Positions 1-11,278 of a stretch of 64,000 nt of DNA are shown here, piece after piece. Below the pieces are notes generated by a model that saw nothing but the letters and a program-made list of their open reading frames with translations, was not told the DNA's origin and did no database searches. The DNA is taken from assembly GCF_004010195.1 (NCBI RefSeq), contig NC_057753.1, forward strand, positions 4,983,156 to 5,047,155. Direction: 5' to 3'. Source of the DNA: Chiloscyllium plagiosum (taxonomy: Eukaryota). Position 1 is the first letter of the stretch, and every line of letters begins with the position of its first letter. The position numbers and the translations under genes were made by a program.

Positions 1-238
1 TCTTCCCGACCTCCCCCCCCCCACCCCCTCTCCGGCCTATCACCCTCACCTTAACCTCGTTCCACCAATCGCATTCCCAATGCCCCTCCCCCAAGTCCCT
101 CCTCCCTACCTTTTATCTTGGCCTGCTTGACACACCTTCCTCATTCCTGAAGAAGGGCTTATGCCCGAAACATCGATTCTCCTGCTCCTTGGTTGCTGCC
201 TGACCTGCTGCGCTTTTCCAGCAACATCTTTTTCAGCT
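1..238 (+). mobile_element. Penelope-like element 3' end (pLTR-like) with minimal hammerhead motif
   Basis: C-rich tract, then CTGAAGA-AGGGC-TTAT-GCCC-GAAACATC (147-174) and the GCTGCCTGACCTGCTG tail. The same tail ends the RT/GIY-YIG element at 34213-35793. Confidence 0.75.
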
Positions 239-799
239 ATGTCTTGTGATCGCCTGCAGTAACACAACCATTGATATCTCTCCCCAGAAGGTAATGAAGG
301 TTTTGTCACTGAATTGATTCAAGGCAGAATTTTATCAATTTTTGGCAGACAAAGATATCAAGGGTTATGGTGCCAGTCGAGAAGGTGGGAGCTAGAGTGC
401 AACCATTTCAGCCTATTCATTGGCCATACAGGCTCAAAAGGCTGAACGGCTAATCCTGCTCTGAATTCTTATGTTCCCACCTTGAAAACTGATCCAAGTC
501 TGGCTTCTTGAGTATTTCCAATCTTAATCACTCCTGCATTCATGGCCACTTATTCAGCTTCTAAGGTCTTAACCTCCGGGATTTCCTGCCGAAACGTCTC
601 TGACGCTCCATCTGACGTTCCTACTTTAAGATAGCTCTTACCACCCTACCTCTGCGACCAAGCTATTATCACCTCATATCTACTCGTGTGTTTCGGTGCA
701 TTGTAACACACCTGTTAAATAACATTTTATTATAGTAATAGCATTGCGGGGGCACATTCACCCCACAGACTCCAGCGGTATAAGAACGTCAAAAACTGC

Positions 800-1520
800 T
801 GGGAAAAGAGACACTGTCTCTAACCTTGTCTTGCATTCATCAGGACATTTGCAAGAACAATCAAGGGAACAATGTTTTATACTGTGACAAAAAGAGATGC
901 TGATTGGTTAAGGCATGGTGCTGGCCATTGCACCAATTAGTGAATGATTAACAGGTACACTTTGTTTAAATACAAAGCAGATAGCTTGGCGTCCAAATGG
1001 TCAAGGCATTTCCCTGAGAACTGAATGAGAGAATGGCTGTTTAGGTGAATTGATATAGTGGCACTGTCTGCTAAGAATAGGACCACATGCATGATTGTAT
1101 GCAGCTTCGGGTAATCTCAAGTGTGCAAGCCAACTGCCTAAACTGATTGTCTACATAATATTTAGCACACTCAGATTTATTTAGCAAACGTTCTGCTATC
1201 GCAGAATCACACCTAATATTTGAGAGCGTTGTTTTAGTGCTGCAAGCAGGAGCTGGTTGGGTACATTTCCTGTTGTGAACAGCTATGGGGACATGACGCG
1301 CCAGTTTTGGGATGCATGTCCTACAGATCTAGCTTCACACTGGAGGACAGAAACGCTGTCGAACTTGATGGGCATTAAAAGCTCAGGAGTAGAAATAAAA
1401 CCAACAATCGGAAAAGAAAAAGTTCCTGACTGTGAGATTTTAAAACTAGTAAGACTGCTAAGACAGCAGATGGTCAGTGATGGGCAATGGTAGAAATTAC
1501 ATTTGAAAACAGTCAACAGA
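800..1520 (-). mobile_element. Decayed Penelope-like element (GIY-YIG endonuclease region and 3' end)
   Basis: Minus-strand peptide relics QCEARSVGHASQ (cf. CxxxYVGRTSQ) and CDSAIAERLLNKSECAK, plus a degenerate hammerhead near 815-844. Confidence 0.55.
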
Positions 1521-1738
1521 AGTTACAGCAAAATAAAAACGTCATCAAAACACACCCATTGTAAGATTCAGAGGAAGTCTGTCAATGACAGAAAGGTGGT
1601 CAGAGAGGGGAATGGATGAAGATGGACTCTGATCCACAAGGAGTCACACCAGCCCCAGAATCTTGGAACGTCTCACACATATAACAGAGCACAACAACAA
1701 AAGCTCAATATTGTAGAAAAATGGTCACAAATACTCAC

Positions 1739-1846
1739 CTCTGAAACCACTTCAGCTTACATTTCCCTGCCGGTATCAGCAGCTCGAAAGATATCAGCAG
1801 CACTGGAGTCTATATTCTATGATTTATCTACGATTCTATGATTTCA
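1739..1846 (-). other. Putative non-coding 5'UTR exon of a ZNF gene whose coding exon lies left of the window
   Basis: Acceptor ttttttcctctggctccag|tg and donor cagag|gtgagt. Homologous to 38070-38142(+), upstream of the ZNF at 42808. Lies downstream of the promoter at 5610-6010. Confidence 0.5.
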
Positions 1847-2519
1847 CTGGAGCCAGAGGAAAAAATTCACAGCTGAGGAACTCTCCGGGGAACAGGTGAT
1901 GTCACTGCACATCCTCTTTGACTATCCTGGAAATCAAAGTTTGCAAAATCAAAGTCTGTGAGCAGGGTTGACATTTAGAAGAGACATAAGTATTCCTACA
2001 AATTTGAGTCTGTTGTGTTTGATGCTCCAGGGAAAACAGCCCCAGCCTATTCAACCTCTCTCTCGATAGCTCAAATCCTCCAATTCTGGCAACATGCTTG
2101 TAAATTCTCCCCTTCTGATCCCTGGAAAAGGGATGTCCAAAATCCAATCTTGTCAGTCCAAGAGAGAAATTCACAACATTCTCTCCTCCTGGCTAAGAAT
2201 GATGATGTATGTTTCCTTGCGTACACTGCCACTCACTGTGATCACAGTGACACAGGGCTGTGCACTTCTGAAAAAAAAAACACATATCACTGGAGAAATT
2301 CAGCAGGCCTGGCAAAATCCTGCAACAGAATGCCGGACTCGAACATTTAATTCTGCTTTCTCTTCACACATCAGACATGCCTGCTGCATTTCTCCAGCGA
2401 TTTTCGTTTCAAATTCCCACCATCCATAGTTCTTTGTCATGTGTCTTCTGAGCTGCAGATCTTTCGACACATGGGGGAAGGACACCTCATGAGGTAGTGC
2501 ATTGAGGAGAGCAGCAGTT

Positions 2520-5270
2520 AGAGTCATAGAGACACACAGCACAGAAACAGACCCTTCGGTCCAACGCATCCATGCCGACTAGATATCCCAACCTAATCTG
2601 GTCCAACTTGCCAGCACCCGGCCCATATCGCTCCAACCTTTCCTATTCATATACCCATCCAGATGCCTTTTAAATGCTGCAATTGTACCAGCCTCCACCA
2701 CTTCCTCTGGCAGCTCATTCCATACACGCACCACCCTCTGCATGAAAAAGTTGCCACTTAGGTCTCTTTTATATCTTTCCCCTCTCATCCTAAATCTTTG
2801 CCCTCTAGTTCTGGACTCCAAGGGAAAGACTGTCTATTTATCCTATCCATTACCCTCATGAATTTATGAACCTCTATAAGGTCACCCATCAGCCTTTGAT
2901 GCTCCAGGGAAAACAGCCCCAGCCTATTCAACCTCACTCGATAGCTCAAATCCTCCAATTCTGGCAACATGCTTGTAATCTTTTCTCTTCTGATCCCTGG
3001 AAAAGGGATGTCCAAAATCCAATCTTGTCAGTCCAAGAGAGAAATCCTTTTTATATCTTTCCCCTCTCATCCTAAACCTTTGCCCTCTAGTTCTGGACTC
3101 CAAGGGAAAAACTGTCTTTTTATCCTATCCATTACCCTCATGAATTTATAAACCTCTATAAGGTCACCCCTCAGCCTTTGATGCTCCAGGGAAAACAGCC
3201 CCAGCCTATTCAAGGAGACCAGAACTGCTGCATAAATCTCACATTTATCTAAATGAAACTCCACCTGCCACTCCTCAGTCCATTGGTCCATCTGATCAAG
3301 ATCACATTGTAATCTGAGGTAACCTTCTTCGCTATCCACTACACCTCCAATTTTGGTGTCATCTACAAACTTACTAACTGTACCTCTTATGCTCACATCC
3401 AAATCATTTTATATAAATGACAAAAAGAGTGGACCCACTAGTTACAGGCCTCCAGTCTGAAAAACAACCCTCCTCCACCACCCTCTGTCTTCTACCTTTG
3501 AGCCAGTTTTGTATCCAAATGGCTAGTTCTCCCTGTATTCCATGAGATCTAACCTTGCTAACCTGTCTCCCATGGGAAACCTTGTCGAACACCTTAATGC
3601 ATGTCTGCTGCTCTGCCCTCATCAATTCTTTGTTACTTCTTCCAAAGACTTAATCAAGTTTGTGAGACATGATCTCCCACGCACAAAGCCATGTTGACTA
3701 TCCCTAACCAGTCCTTGCCTTTCCAAATACATGTACATCCTGTCCCTCAAGATTCCTCCGAACAACGTGCACACCACCGACATCAGGCTCACCAGTCTAT
3801 AGTTCCCTGGCTTGTCTTTACCAGTTTTCTTAAATAATGGCACCACATTAGCCAACCTCCAGTCTTCCAGCACCTCACTTGTGACTATCGATAATATAAA
3901 TATCTCAGCAAGGGGCCCAGCAATCACTTCCCTAGCTTCCCACAGAGTTCTAGGTTACACGTGATCAGGTCCTGGGGAATTATCCACTTTTATGGTTTCA
4001 AGACATCCAGCACTTCCCTCCTCTGTAATATTTTTAAAGATGTCACCATCTATTTCCCTATCTTCTTTATAATCCATGTCCTTTTCCACAGTAACTCGCT
4101 ATATACTCATTTAGTATGTCCCCCATCTCCTGTGGCTCCACACAAAGGCCACCTTGCTGATCTTTGAGGGGCCCTATTCTCTCCCTAGTTACCCTTTTGT
4201 CCCTAATATATTTGTAAAAACCCTTTGGAGTCTCCTTAACTCTATTTGCCAAACTTATCTCATGTCCTCCTGATTTCCCTCTTTAGTCCTACTGCCTTTA
4301 TACTCTTCTAAGGATTCCCTCGATCTATCCTGTCTATACCTGGCATATGCTTCCTTCTTTTTCTTAACCAAACCCTCAATTTCTTTAGTCATCTAGCACT
4401 CGCTACACCTACTAGTCTTTCCTTTCACCCAAACACAAATATACTGTCTCTGGACTCTCATTATCTCATTTCTGAAGGCTTCCCATTTTCCAGCCGTCTC
4501 TTTACCTGCAAACATTTGCAGAAGAGATTCCAATGATCCAAAAATATGAATCCTTCTCCCATACACCAGCTCCTCAGCTCTGCATTCATCTGCTCTATCC
4601 TCCTATTTCTACCCTCACTACCTCATAGTATCGGAAGTAATCCAGATATTACTACTCTCGAGGACCTCCTTTTTAAATTGCTGCCTAACTCTCTATATTC
4701 TCCCTTCATAATCTCATCCTTTCCCCTTCCTATGTCATTGATTCTAATGTGTACAATGACTACCTGTTGGGCCCTCTCCCCTTGAGAACATTCTGCACCC
4801 TGTTTGAGACGTCCTTGATCCTGGCACCAGGGAGGCAACACACCATTCTGATTTTTCACTGCTGGCCACAGAAACATCTGTCTGTACCTCGGACTAGAGA
4901 GTCCCCAAACACAATTCATCTCTTGGAACCTGATGTACCCCTCACTGCATCAGAGCCAGTCTCGATACCAGAAACTTGGCTGTTGTGCTGAGAATCCATC
5001 ACCCCCTACATTTTCCAAAATAGCATACCAGTTTGAAATGGGGATAGCCACAGAAGGCTCCTGCACTACCTCTCTTACCTTTCCTGGAGCTAACCCATCC
5101 ATGTGACTGTATCTGCGACTTTTCTCCCTTCCTATAACTGCCATCCATCACATCCCCTTGCTCTTGTAAATTCCTCATTGTCTCTAACTGTCGCTCCAAC
5201 CAATCCATTCAATCTGATAGAATCCGCAACCAATGGCATTTATTGCAGATATAATCCTCAGTAACATGTA
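2520..5270 (-). mobile_element. CR1/HER1-type LINE, 5'-truncated and internally deleted (ORF1 esterase and RT relics)
   Basis: Fragmented ORFs with [39 protein letters not shown] and ORF1 VIVHIRINDIGR. (CTATGACT)-type 3' tail at ~2520. Same family as 21880-26040. Confidence 0.9.
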
Positions 5271-5320
5271 AATGAAAGGCTAATACTGTACAGCTTGATG
5301 GACCAGTTGTCTGAACAATG

Positions 5321-5609
5321 TGACCTGAAAGAAGTTCTGGCATTTACATATTAATGAATCAAAACCTGCAATCCATTCTAAAAGTTGAAAGACTGAACAG
5401 CAATCTCAGTTTGCCCAATACATCGTATCAGTTGCATGACACTACGATCTTGTGCTCTCAATTCTGTGAATTATGATCCTGAGCCACTGGCTACTTGACG
5501 AAGGAGCAGTGCTCCGAAAGCCAGTTCTTCCAAATAAACCTATTGAACTATAACCTGGTGTTGTGTGATTTTTAACTTTGTCCAGTCCAGCCCAGTCCAA
5601 CACACGTCA
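5321..5609 (+). mobile_element. Non-autonomous PLE-derived element with degenerate hammerhead
   Basis: TTGACGA-AGGAGC-AGT-GCTCC-GAAAG at 5495-5520. Flanked by 9-bp direct repeat TGAACAATG (5312-5320, 5610-5618). Same family as 26402-26627 and 47787-48829. Confidence 0.7.
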
Positions 5610-6010
5610 TGAACAATGGGCAGCAAGCTCCGCCCAGTCATTCCAGACACTGCCCCTCACAAAGATGACAGTCTTCACAAGCACACAACAGCCGCATCGC
5701 CCCCAACAAAGATGGCGGCCGCCGCCCTGGGGCCCTGCTCCTGAGCGAAAGCCCCCCCCCCACCGTGTCCGATTCGCTCGCGTCCGGGCAAACGGCGCCG
5801 CCGGAAGTTATCTTCCCGGCTTTTCAGCTTACACAAGACGTTCACAGAGCCTCCCCCTTCACCCGCCCGGTCCTCCGGCCCGTTCCTCCGACCTCATTTG
5901 GTAACGTTTTCGGAGCCGAGAACAAAACTCCCCCGGACGCCATCACCCACTCCACGCATGCTCTGTCTGACCCATCGGCTCTGCGCCTGCGCACCTGCTC
6001 TCCTACTGTG
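5610..6010 (-). promoter_or_regulatory. CpG-island promoter and first exon (paralogous ZNF promoter cassette)
   Basis: CpG-rich; YY1-like AAGATGGCGGC (~5709), ETS-like CCGGAAGT (~5801), NRF1-like GCGCCTGCGCA (~5982); candidate donor GTAAGC at 5832(-). Alignable by eye to 19395-19790 and 35940-36480. Confidence 0.7.
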
Positions 6011-6044
6011 GGAGCCAGACAGAGATAGAGAGACAGTATCACAG

Positions 6045-6200
6045 AATGATCATTGAAACAGGCCATTCGGCCCACCGGGTCAACACCGACCCTCCCAAGA
6101 CCCACCCTGACTCATCCCCGCATTTCCCATGGCTAACTCACCCAGCCCTGCACATCCCTGAACACTATGGGCAATTTAGCATGGCCAATCCAACTAACTT
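6045..6200 (-). mobile_element. HE1-type SINE, 3' part
   Basis: GAAACAGGCC..TTCGGCCC and ACACTATGGGCAATTTAGCATGGCCAAT segments shared with full-length copies. Confidence 0.7.
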
Positions 6201-6567
6201 TCACACCCAACCTATTTTCATAAGTGAAACGTTTCCACCCTCTCTCCATTGCTTTAATTTTCTTTCTAAAATGCAGAGCCCAGAACTGAGCTGCCACATC
6301 TCAGCTGAGGCTAGTCTCTTATACAAGGCCAATAGAACGGCTTGCATTCACATTCCATACCCTGAGGATAGTGTGTATTTTATTGAGCACTCTGTCAACC
6401 TACACTGCCACATTTAATGACTTCTGCACTAAGTCCCTCTGCCTCTACATACCTTTGGAGTTGTACCCTTTGTTTAACTGTTGTTGCTAGCACAGAACTT
6501 GATTGGTGACAAAAGTCAAACTTTGTCAAAGCTGTTCGTCGTGCACTCATCAGGATAATTGACAAGA

Positions 6568-6660
6568 TTCCTGAAGAAGGGCTCATGCCCGAAACGTCGA
6601 TTCTCCTGTTCCTTGGATGCTGCCTGACCTGCTGTGCTTTACCAGCAACACATTTTCAGC
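6568..6660 (+). mobile_element. 93-bp hammerhead-headed mini-insertion with 12-bp TSD
   Basis: TAATTGACAAGA at 6556-6567 and 6661-6672. The insert is a hammerhead core plus a short PLE tail. Confidence 0.8.
6571..6598 (+). ncRNA. Minimal type I hammerhead ribozyme motif (PLE-type)
   Basis: CTGAAGA-(A)GGGC-TCAT-GCCC-GAA-ACGT-C: conserved core, stem II, palindromic ACGU stem III and GUC triplet. Confidence 0.7.
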
Positions 6661-6799
6661 TAATTGACAAGAAATACCACTGTAAAGGGAACACAACATT
6701 CACACATACAGCACATCAACCCTATTGTCCTGATCAACATACTATTACAGGTATAGGTTGTGCTCAAATATAACAAAGAACTGCAGATTTTGGAGATCA

Positions 6800-7545
6800 G
6801 TTAAGGTGTGAGGGAGTGTCGCTGAACAAAGAGACCTTGGAATGCAGGTTCATAGATCCTTGAAAGTGGAGTCGCAGGTAGAGAGGATAGTGAAGAAGGC
6901 GTTTGGTATGCTTTCTTTTATTAGTCAGAGTATTGAGTACAGGAGTTGGGAGGTCATGTTGCGGCTGTACAGGACATTGGTTAGGCCACTGTTGGAAATA
7001 TTGCGTGCAATTCTGGTCTCCTTCCTATCGGAAAGATGTTGTGAAACTTGAAAGAGTTCAGAAAAGATTTACAAGCATGTTGCTAGGGTTGGAGGATTTG
7101 AGCGAGAGGGAGAGGCTGAACAGGCTGGGGCTGTTTTCCCTGGAGCGTCAGAGGCTGAGGGGTGACCTTATAAAGGTTTACAAAATTATAAGGGGCATGG
7201 ATAAGATAAATTGACAAAGTCAATTGTGGGGTGGGGGGAGTCCAGAACTAGAGGGCATACGTTTAGGGTGAGAGGGGAAGATATAAAAGAGACCCAAGGG
7301 GCATCGTTTTCAACGCAGAGGGTGGTACGTGTATGGAATGAGCTGCCAGAGGAAGTGGTGGAGGCTAGTCCAATTGCAACATTTAAAAGGCATATGAATA
7401 GAAAGGGTTTGGAGGGATATGGCTATATGGGATATATGCTGGCAGGTGGGACTAGATTGGGTTGGGATATCTGGTCGGCATGGACGGGTTGGACTGAAGG
7501 GTTTGCTTTCCGTGCTGTACATTTCCATAGCTCTATGACTCCATA
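6800..7545 (+). mobile_element. CR1/HER1 LINE 3' fragment
   Basis: YCVQFWSPSYRKDVVKLERVQKRFT...RLRGDL...WNELPEEVVEA and the CTATGACT tail. Confidence 0.9.
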
Positions 7546-8564
7546 AACATGAACTGCTGGAGGAGTTATTATGTGGAAGGGTCATTCATCTCAAAACATC
7601 AACTATACAGTGGCACTGGCTATTAGCCAGGGAACAGATAATTCATTATAGTTTTAGTTGTGCATCTACTTGTAGCGTTAACAATAATTATTTGTTCAGA
7701 AACAAAAACAGAAATTGCTGGAAAAGCAAGTCTGGCAGCATCTGTGAAGAGAAATCAGAGTTAACCTTTCGGGTCCAGTGACCCGTCCTCAGAACAAGTT
7801 CTGATTTCCAGCATCCATAGCTCTTACAGTTTTTAATAATCATTTGTTGTTATGATGATGCTTTAAACTCTCAGAATTGTTCCAAAGAACGTGTTTAAAT
7901 CAGATTGTATTACAACTTAAAATGACGATTCATACAAATTGCATAAAGATGTTTGTTCAAAGTCAGATTAAGGGGATATACGGAATATTTCATTGTTCGG
8001 TTATCAAAACTGAAGATCAATTAAACAGAATTAGAGCATAGGCCAGCCAATCAATAACCCATTAATGTGTGGGAAGAGAGAATCTTGAATTTGTGCTTGG
8101 GGTAAAGACTCTTGTCTCTGGAGACCTTCATACACAGCAATGTCCAGAGGGGATTAGCTTCCCCTGATCAACCTTTTATAAACACACAGAAATCCGTTAG
8201 ATATGATAAGTATGTTTATGTCTCCATTTAGGTTAACTTATTGTGGGAAATTGACAGCAGATAATTTCAATGATACAGGGACACTATGTCTAAAATTAAA
8301 ATTTGTTTGTTTGGTAGTACAGAACTTGAATATTGCTGGGAAAAAAAAGGGACGTTTTGTCTTGCAAGCATAAGAAACGTGACGAATAGCAAAGTCTCCA
8401 CCAAAGTCCCCAGGCCAACCAACCAATCAGCACCCCCCTTTCAGCTTAAACTTTAACTTTCCCATTGAATTGGTATTTTCGTGAATTGTCCCAATAAGGG
8501 CAAGACAAAAAGCTTTGATAAAACAAGACACAAATTAAAAGGTTTGATTGTATGGATGTATTAG

Positions 8565-8848
8565 TGGGCAGCACAGTGGCACAGTGGTTAGCACTGCTGC
8601 CTCACAGCGCCAGAGACCCGGGTTCAATTCCCGCCTCAGGCGACTGTCTGTGTTCAGTTTGCACAGTCTCCCAGTGTCTGCGCAGGTTTCCTCCCACAGT
8701 CCAAAAATGTGCAGGTTAGGTGAATTGGCTATGCTAAACTGCCCATAGTGTTAGGTGTAGGGGAATGGGTCTGGGTGGGTTGTGCTTCGGCGGGTCGGTG
8801 TGGACTTGTTGGGCCGAAGGGCCTGTTTCCACACTGCAAGTAATCTAA
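8565..8848 (+). mobile_element. HE1-type V-SINE (tRNA-derived head, LINE-derived tail)
   Basis: A box TGGCACAGTGG, B box GGTTCAATTCC, V-domain core, and tail GGGCCGAAGGGCCTGTTTCCACACTG. Confidence 0.9.
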
Positions 8849-9059
8849 TATGTATTATTATGGATATAATTAATTTCAAAATTCTACATTACAACTCTGT
8901 ATCAATTATATTTCTTCTCATGTAAGATTTCTTTGAATTTATATTTTTTCCTTTGGGTAAAAGTTCAGAATCTGGTGTTTAAAAGGAATTTCCGGTCAAA
9001 TGGATGAACTCCAACTGGGCATCCTTTACCTCAGTAGAGTAGACAAATGATCAAATCTC

Positions 9060-9760
9060 ACATGAAGAGTCAATGAACTGTAGTCCTCCGGTGTGAATGT
9101 GCTCGTGTACAATGAAGACAGATGAGAAAGTAACTGACCTGAGTCAAACATATCAAAAAGACATGCATTTGCTGCATTTAACATAAAGCTGATTTATTTT
9201 GATTTTATCAACGGCGTTAACACTTCTAAGTGGGCTGGGGATTTTCCACATCAGCTCCAACAGATGCAAATGAACATGATTCAGTCTTGTATGTGTTTAA
9301 CAGCAAGTTCCAATCACTGGAATGATGGGCTGGCTGAGTGAAACCCTTCCCACACTCTGAGCAGGTGAACAGTCCCTCCTCAGTGTGAACTCCCTGACGT
9401 ACAGTGAATTGAAGTAACTGCTTGAGCCCAGCCCTAGCAGAGCGAACATCTGAACTGTCTCGCGTCAGCGCGAACATGTTGATGGTGCATGTGTTCCCAA
9501 CGCATTTGATACACCACCCACAGTCTGGGAATTTAAAAGTTATCTCAGGAGTGTGAATTTGTTGGCATGTCAGCAGATGGGACAGGGAGTGAATTCCTTC
9601 CCAGTAGAGGAAGAGGTTACATAGAACATAGAACATAGAACATAGAAGAATTAAAAGTTATCTCAGGAGTGTGAATTTGTTGGCATGTCAGCAGATGGGA
9701 CAGGGAGTGAATTCCTTCCCAGTAGAGGAAGAGGTTACATCTTCACAAACGAACTGCAGC
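9060..9760 (-). pseudogene. Decayed C2H2 ZNF relic 1
   Basis: [21 protein letters not shown] and HTPEITFKFPDCG remnants. Carries the same 3' motif GATAAAATCAAAATAAATCAGCTTT (~9186-9210) as intact ZNFs. Confidence 0.75.
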
Positions 9761-10419
9761 AGGCATTCTCAGACTAGAAACGTAAACCTGGTGCCACACT
9801 TTCAGTCAGGACGAGATCCCAGTTGGACCCCAGTCTCTGATTTGACAGCACGTTTTCCGCATTCCCGGTGGTCCTCGCTGACTCGAAACCCAGTTGTGAA
9901 GGAGCTTGTGTTCGCACTCTCGGAGCTGTGAGCGACTGAGGAGAGCGGCCGGGACACGTTTCTTCCTCACCTCGGGATCGACTCTGACTTTGCTGTCAGT
10001 GAAGAGAGATGAGGAAGACCAAAGTGCTGTTTGTCCCTCTCAGCGTGACTCTGGAGGACCGTGTCCCCACAGGTTTCAGCTGCATGATCCTGCCCCCCAA
10101 GACTGTCCTTTCCGTGCTCTGCTCAGGAATGATCAATGGTCCAGCTGGGAAAGACAACGATGTGGTAACACATGGGATGACCTATTTGGCATTTATCCAG
10201 ACTATTAAACTCCAGCCCAGGTTGCAGGGACTATTATTCCCAGTACTTGCAAACACCAACGACTCAGAATGAATACGATTCAGTCCTGTACGTGTCTTTA
10301 ACTGCAGCAGTTATGACGGTCACTCGTGCATTCACTGGTATCTCAGTGCCGAAGTTGGGATAACCAAGTGAATCTCTCCCACACGTTGAGCAGGTAAGCA
10401 GCCTCTCGGCAGTGTGAGT

Positions 10420-10933
10420 GTTTCTTTTTATTCATCTGTGGGACGTGGGCATCGCTGGGTGGCCTGCATTTACTGTCTGTCCCTCGTTTCCCTTGAGAAG
10501 GTGGTGGTGAGCTGCTTTCTTGAATCTGGGCAGTCCACTTGCAGTGGGTTGACCCACAATGCCATTAGGGAGGAAATTCCAAGGTTTGGGGCCAGCGACA
10601 GTGAAAGAATGGCGATATATTTCCAAGTCAGCACGGTGAGTGGCTCACAGGGGAGCCTGAAGGTGGTGGCTCACAGGGGAGCCTGAAGGTGAGTGGCTCA
10701 CAGGGGAGTCTGAAGGTGAGTGGCTCACAGGGGAGTCTGAAGGTGAGTGGCTCACAGGGGAGCCTGAAGATGGTGGCTCACAGGGGAGCCTGAAGGTGGT
10801 GGCTCACAGGGGAGCCTGAAGGTGGTGGCTCACAGGGGAGCCTGAAGGTGGTGGTGTTCCCAGGCATTTGCTGCCCTTGTTCCTCTGGATGGAAGTGGTC
10901 ATTGGTTTTGGAAGGTACTACTGGAGGGTTTTT
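10420..10933 (-). mobile_element. 3' end of an L2/RTE-X-like non-LTR retroelement
   Basis: C-terminal peptide WNFLPNGIVG...GLPRFKKAAHHHLLKGN. Related copies at ~17800-18140(+) and ~54700-55070(+). Clade assignment uncertain. Confidence 0.6.
10635..10852. repeat. Minisatellite, 8 copies of a 26-27 bp unit
   Basis: Unit GTGGCTCACAGGGGAG(C/T)CTGAAGGTG(A), starting at 10640, 10666, 10693, 10720, 10747, 10773, 10799 and 10825. Confidence 0.95.
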
Positions 10934-11278
10934 AGATTAGATTACTTACAGTAGGGTACCTGGTTAGCATTGGACTGAAGGGTCTGTTTCCTTCGGCCCA
11001 ACAAGTCCACACCGACCCGCCGAAGCGCAACCCACCCAGCCCCATTTCCCTACATTTACCCCTTCATCTAACACTACGGGCAATTTAGCACGGCCAATTC
11101 ACCTGACCTGCACATTTTTTGGACCGTGGGAAGAAACCGGAGCACCCGGAGGAAACCCACGCAGACACGGGGAGAATGTGCAAACTCCACACAGTCAGTC
11201 GCCTGAGGCGGGAATTGAACCCGGGTCTCTGGCGCTGTGAGGCAGCAGTGCTAACCACTGTGCCACCGTGCCGCCCAC
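10934..11278 (-). mobile_element. HE1-type V-SINE, full length
   Basis: Reverse complement begins GGGCGGCACGGTGGCACAGTGGTTAGCACTGCTGCC and ends in a (TAATC)n tail. Confidence 0.9.

Noticed and set aside
8565-8640. tRNA genes at SINE heads (also ~11200, ~30090, ~43980, ~50150)
   Set aside because: A/B boxes run directly into the V-SINE core and LINE-type tail, so these are tRNA-derived SINE heads rather than tRNA genes.
10635-10852. CRISPR-like array
   Set aside because: Units are contiguous with no unique spacers, and the context is eukaryotic with no cas genes. It is a minisatellite.
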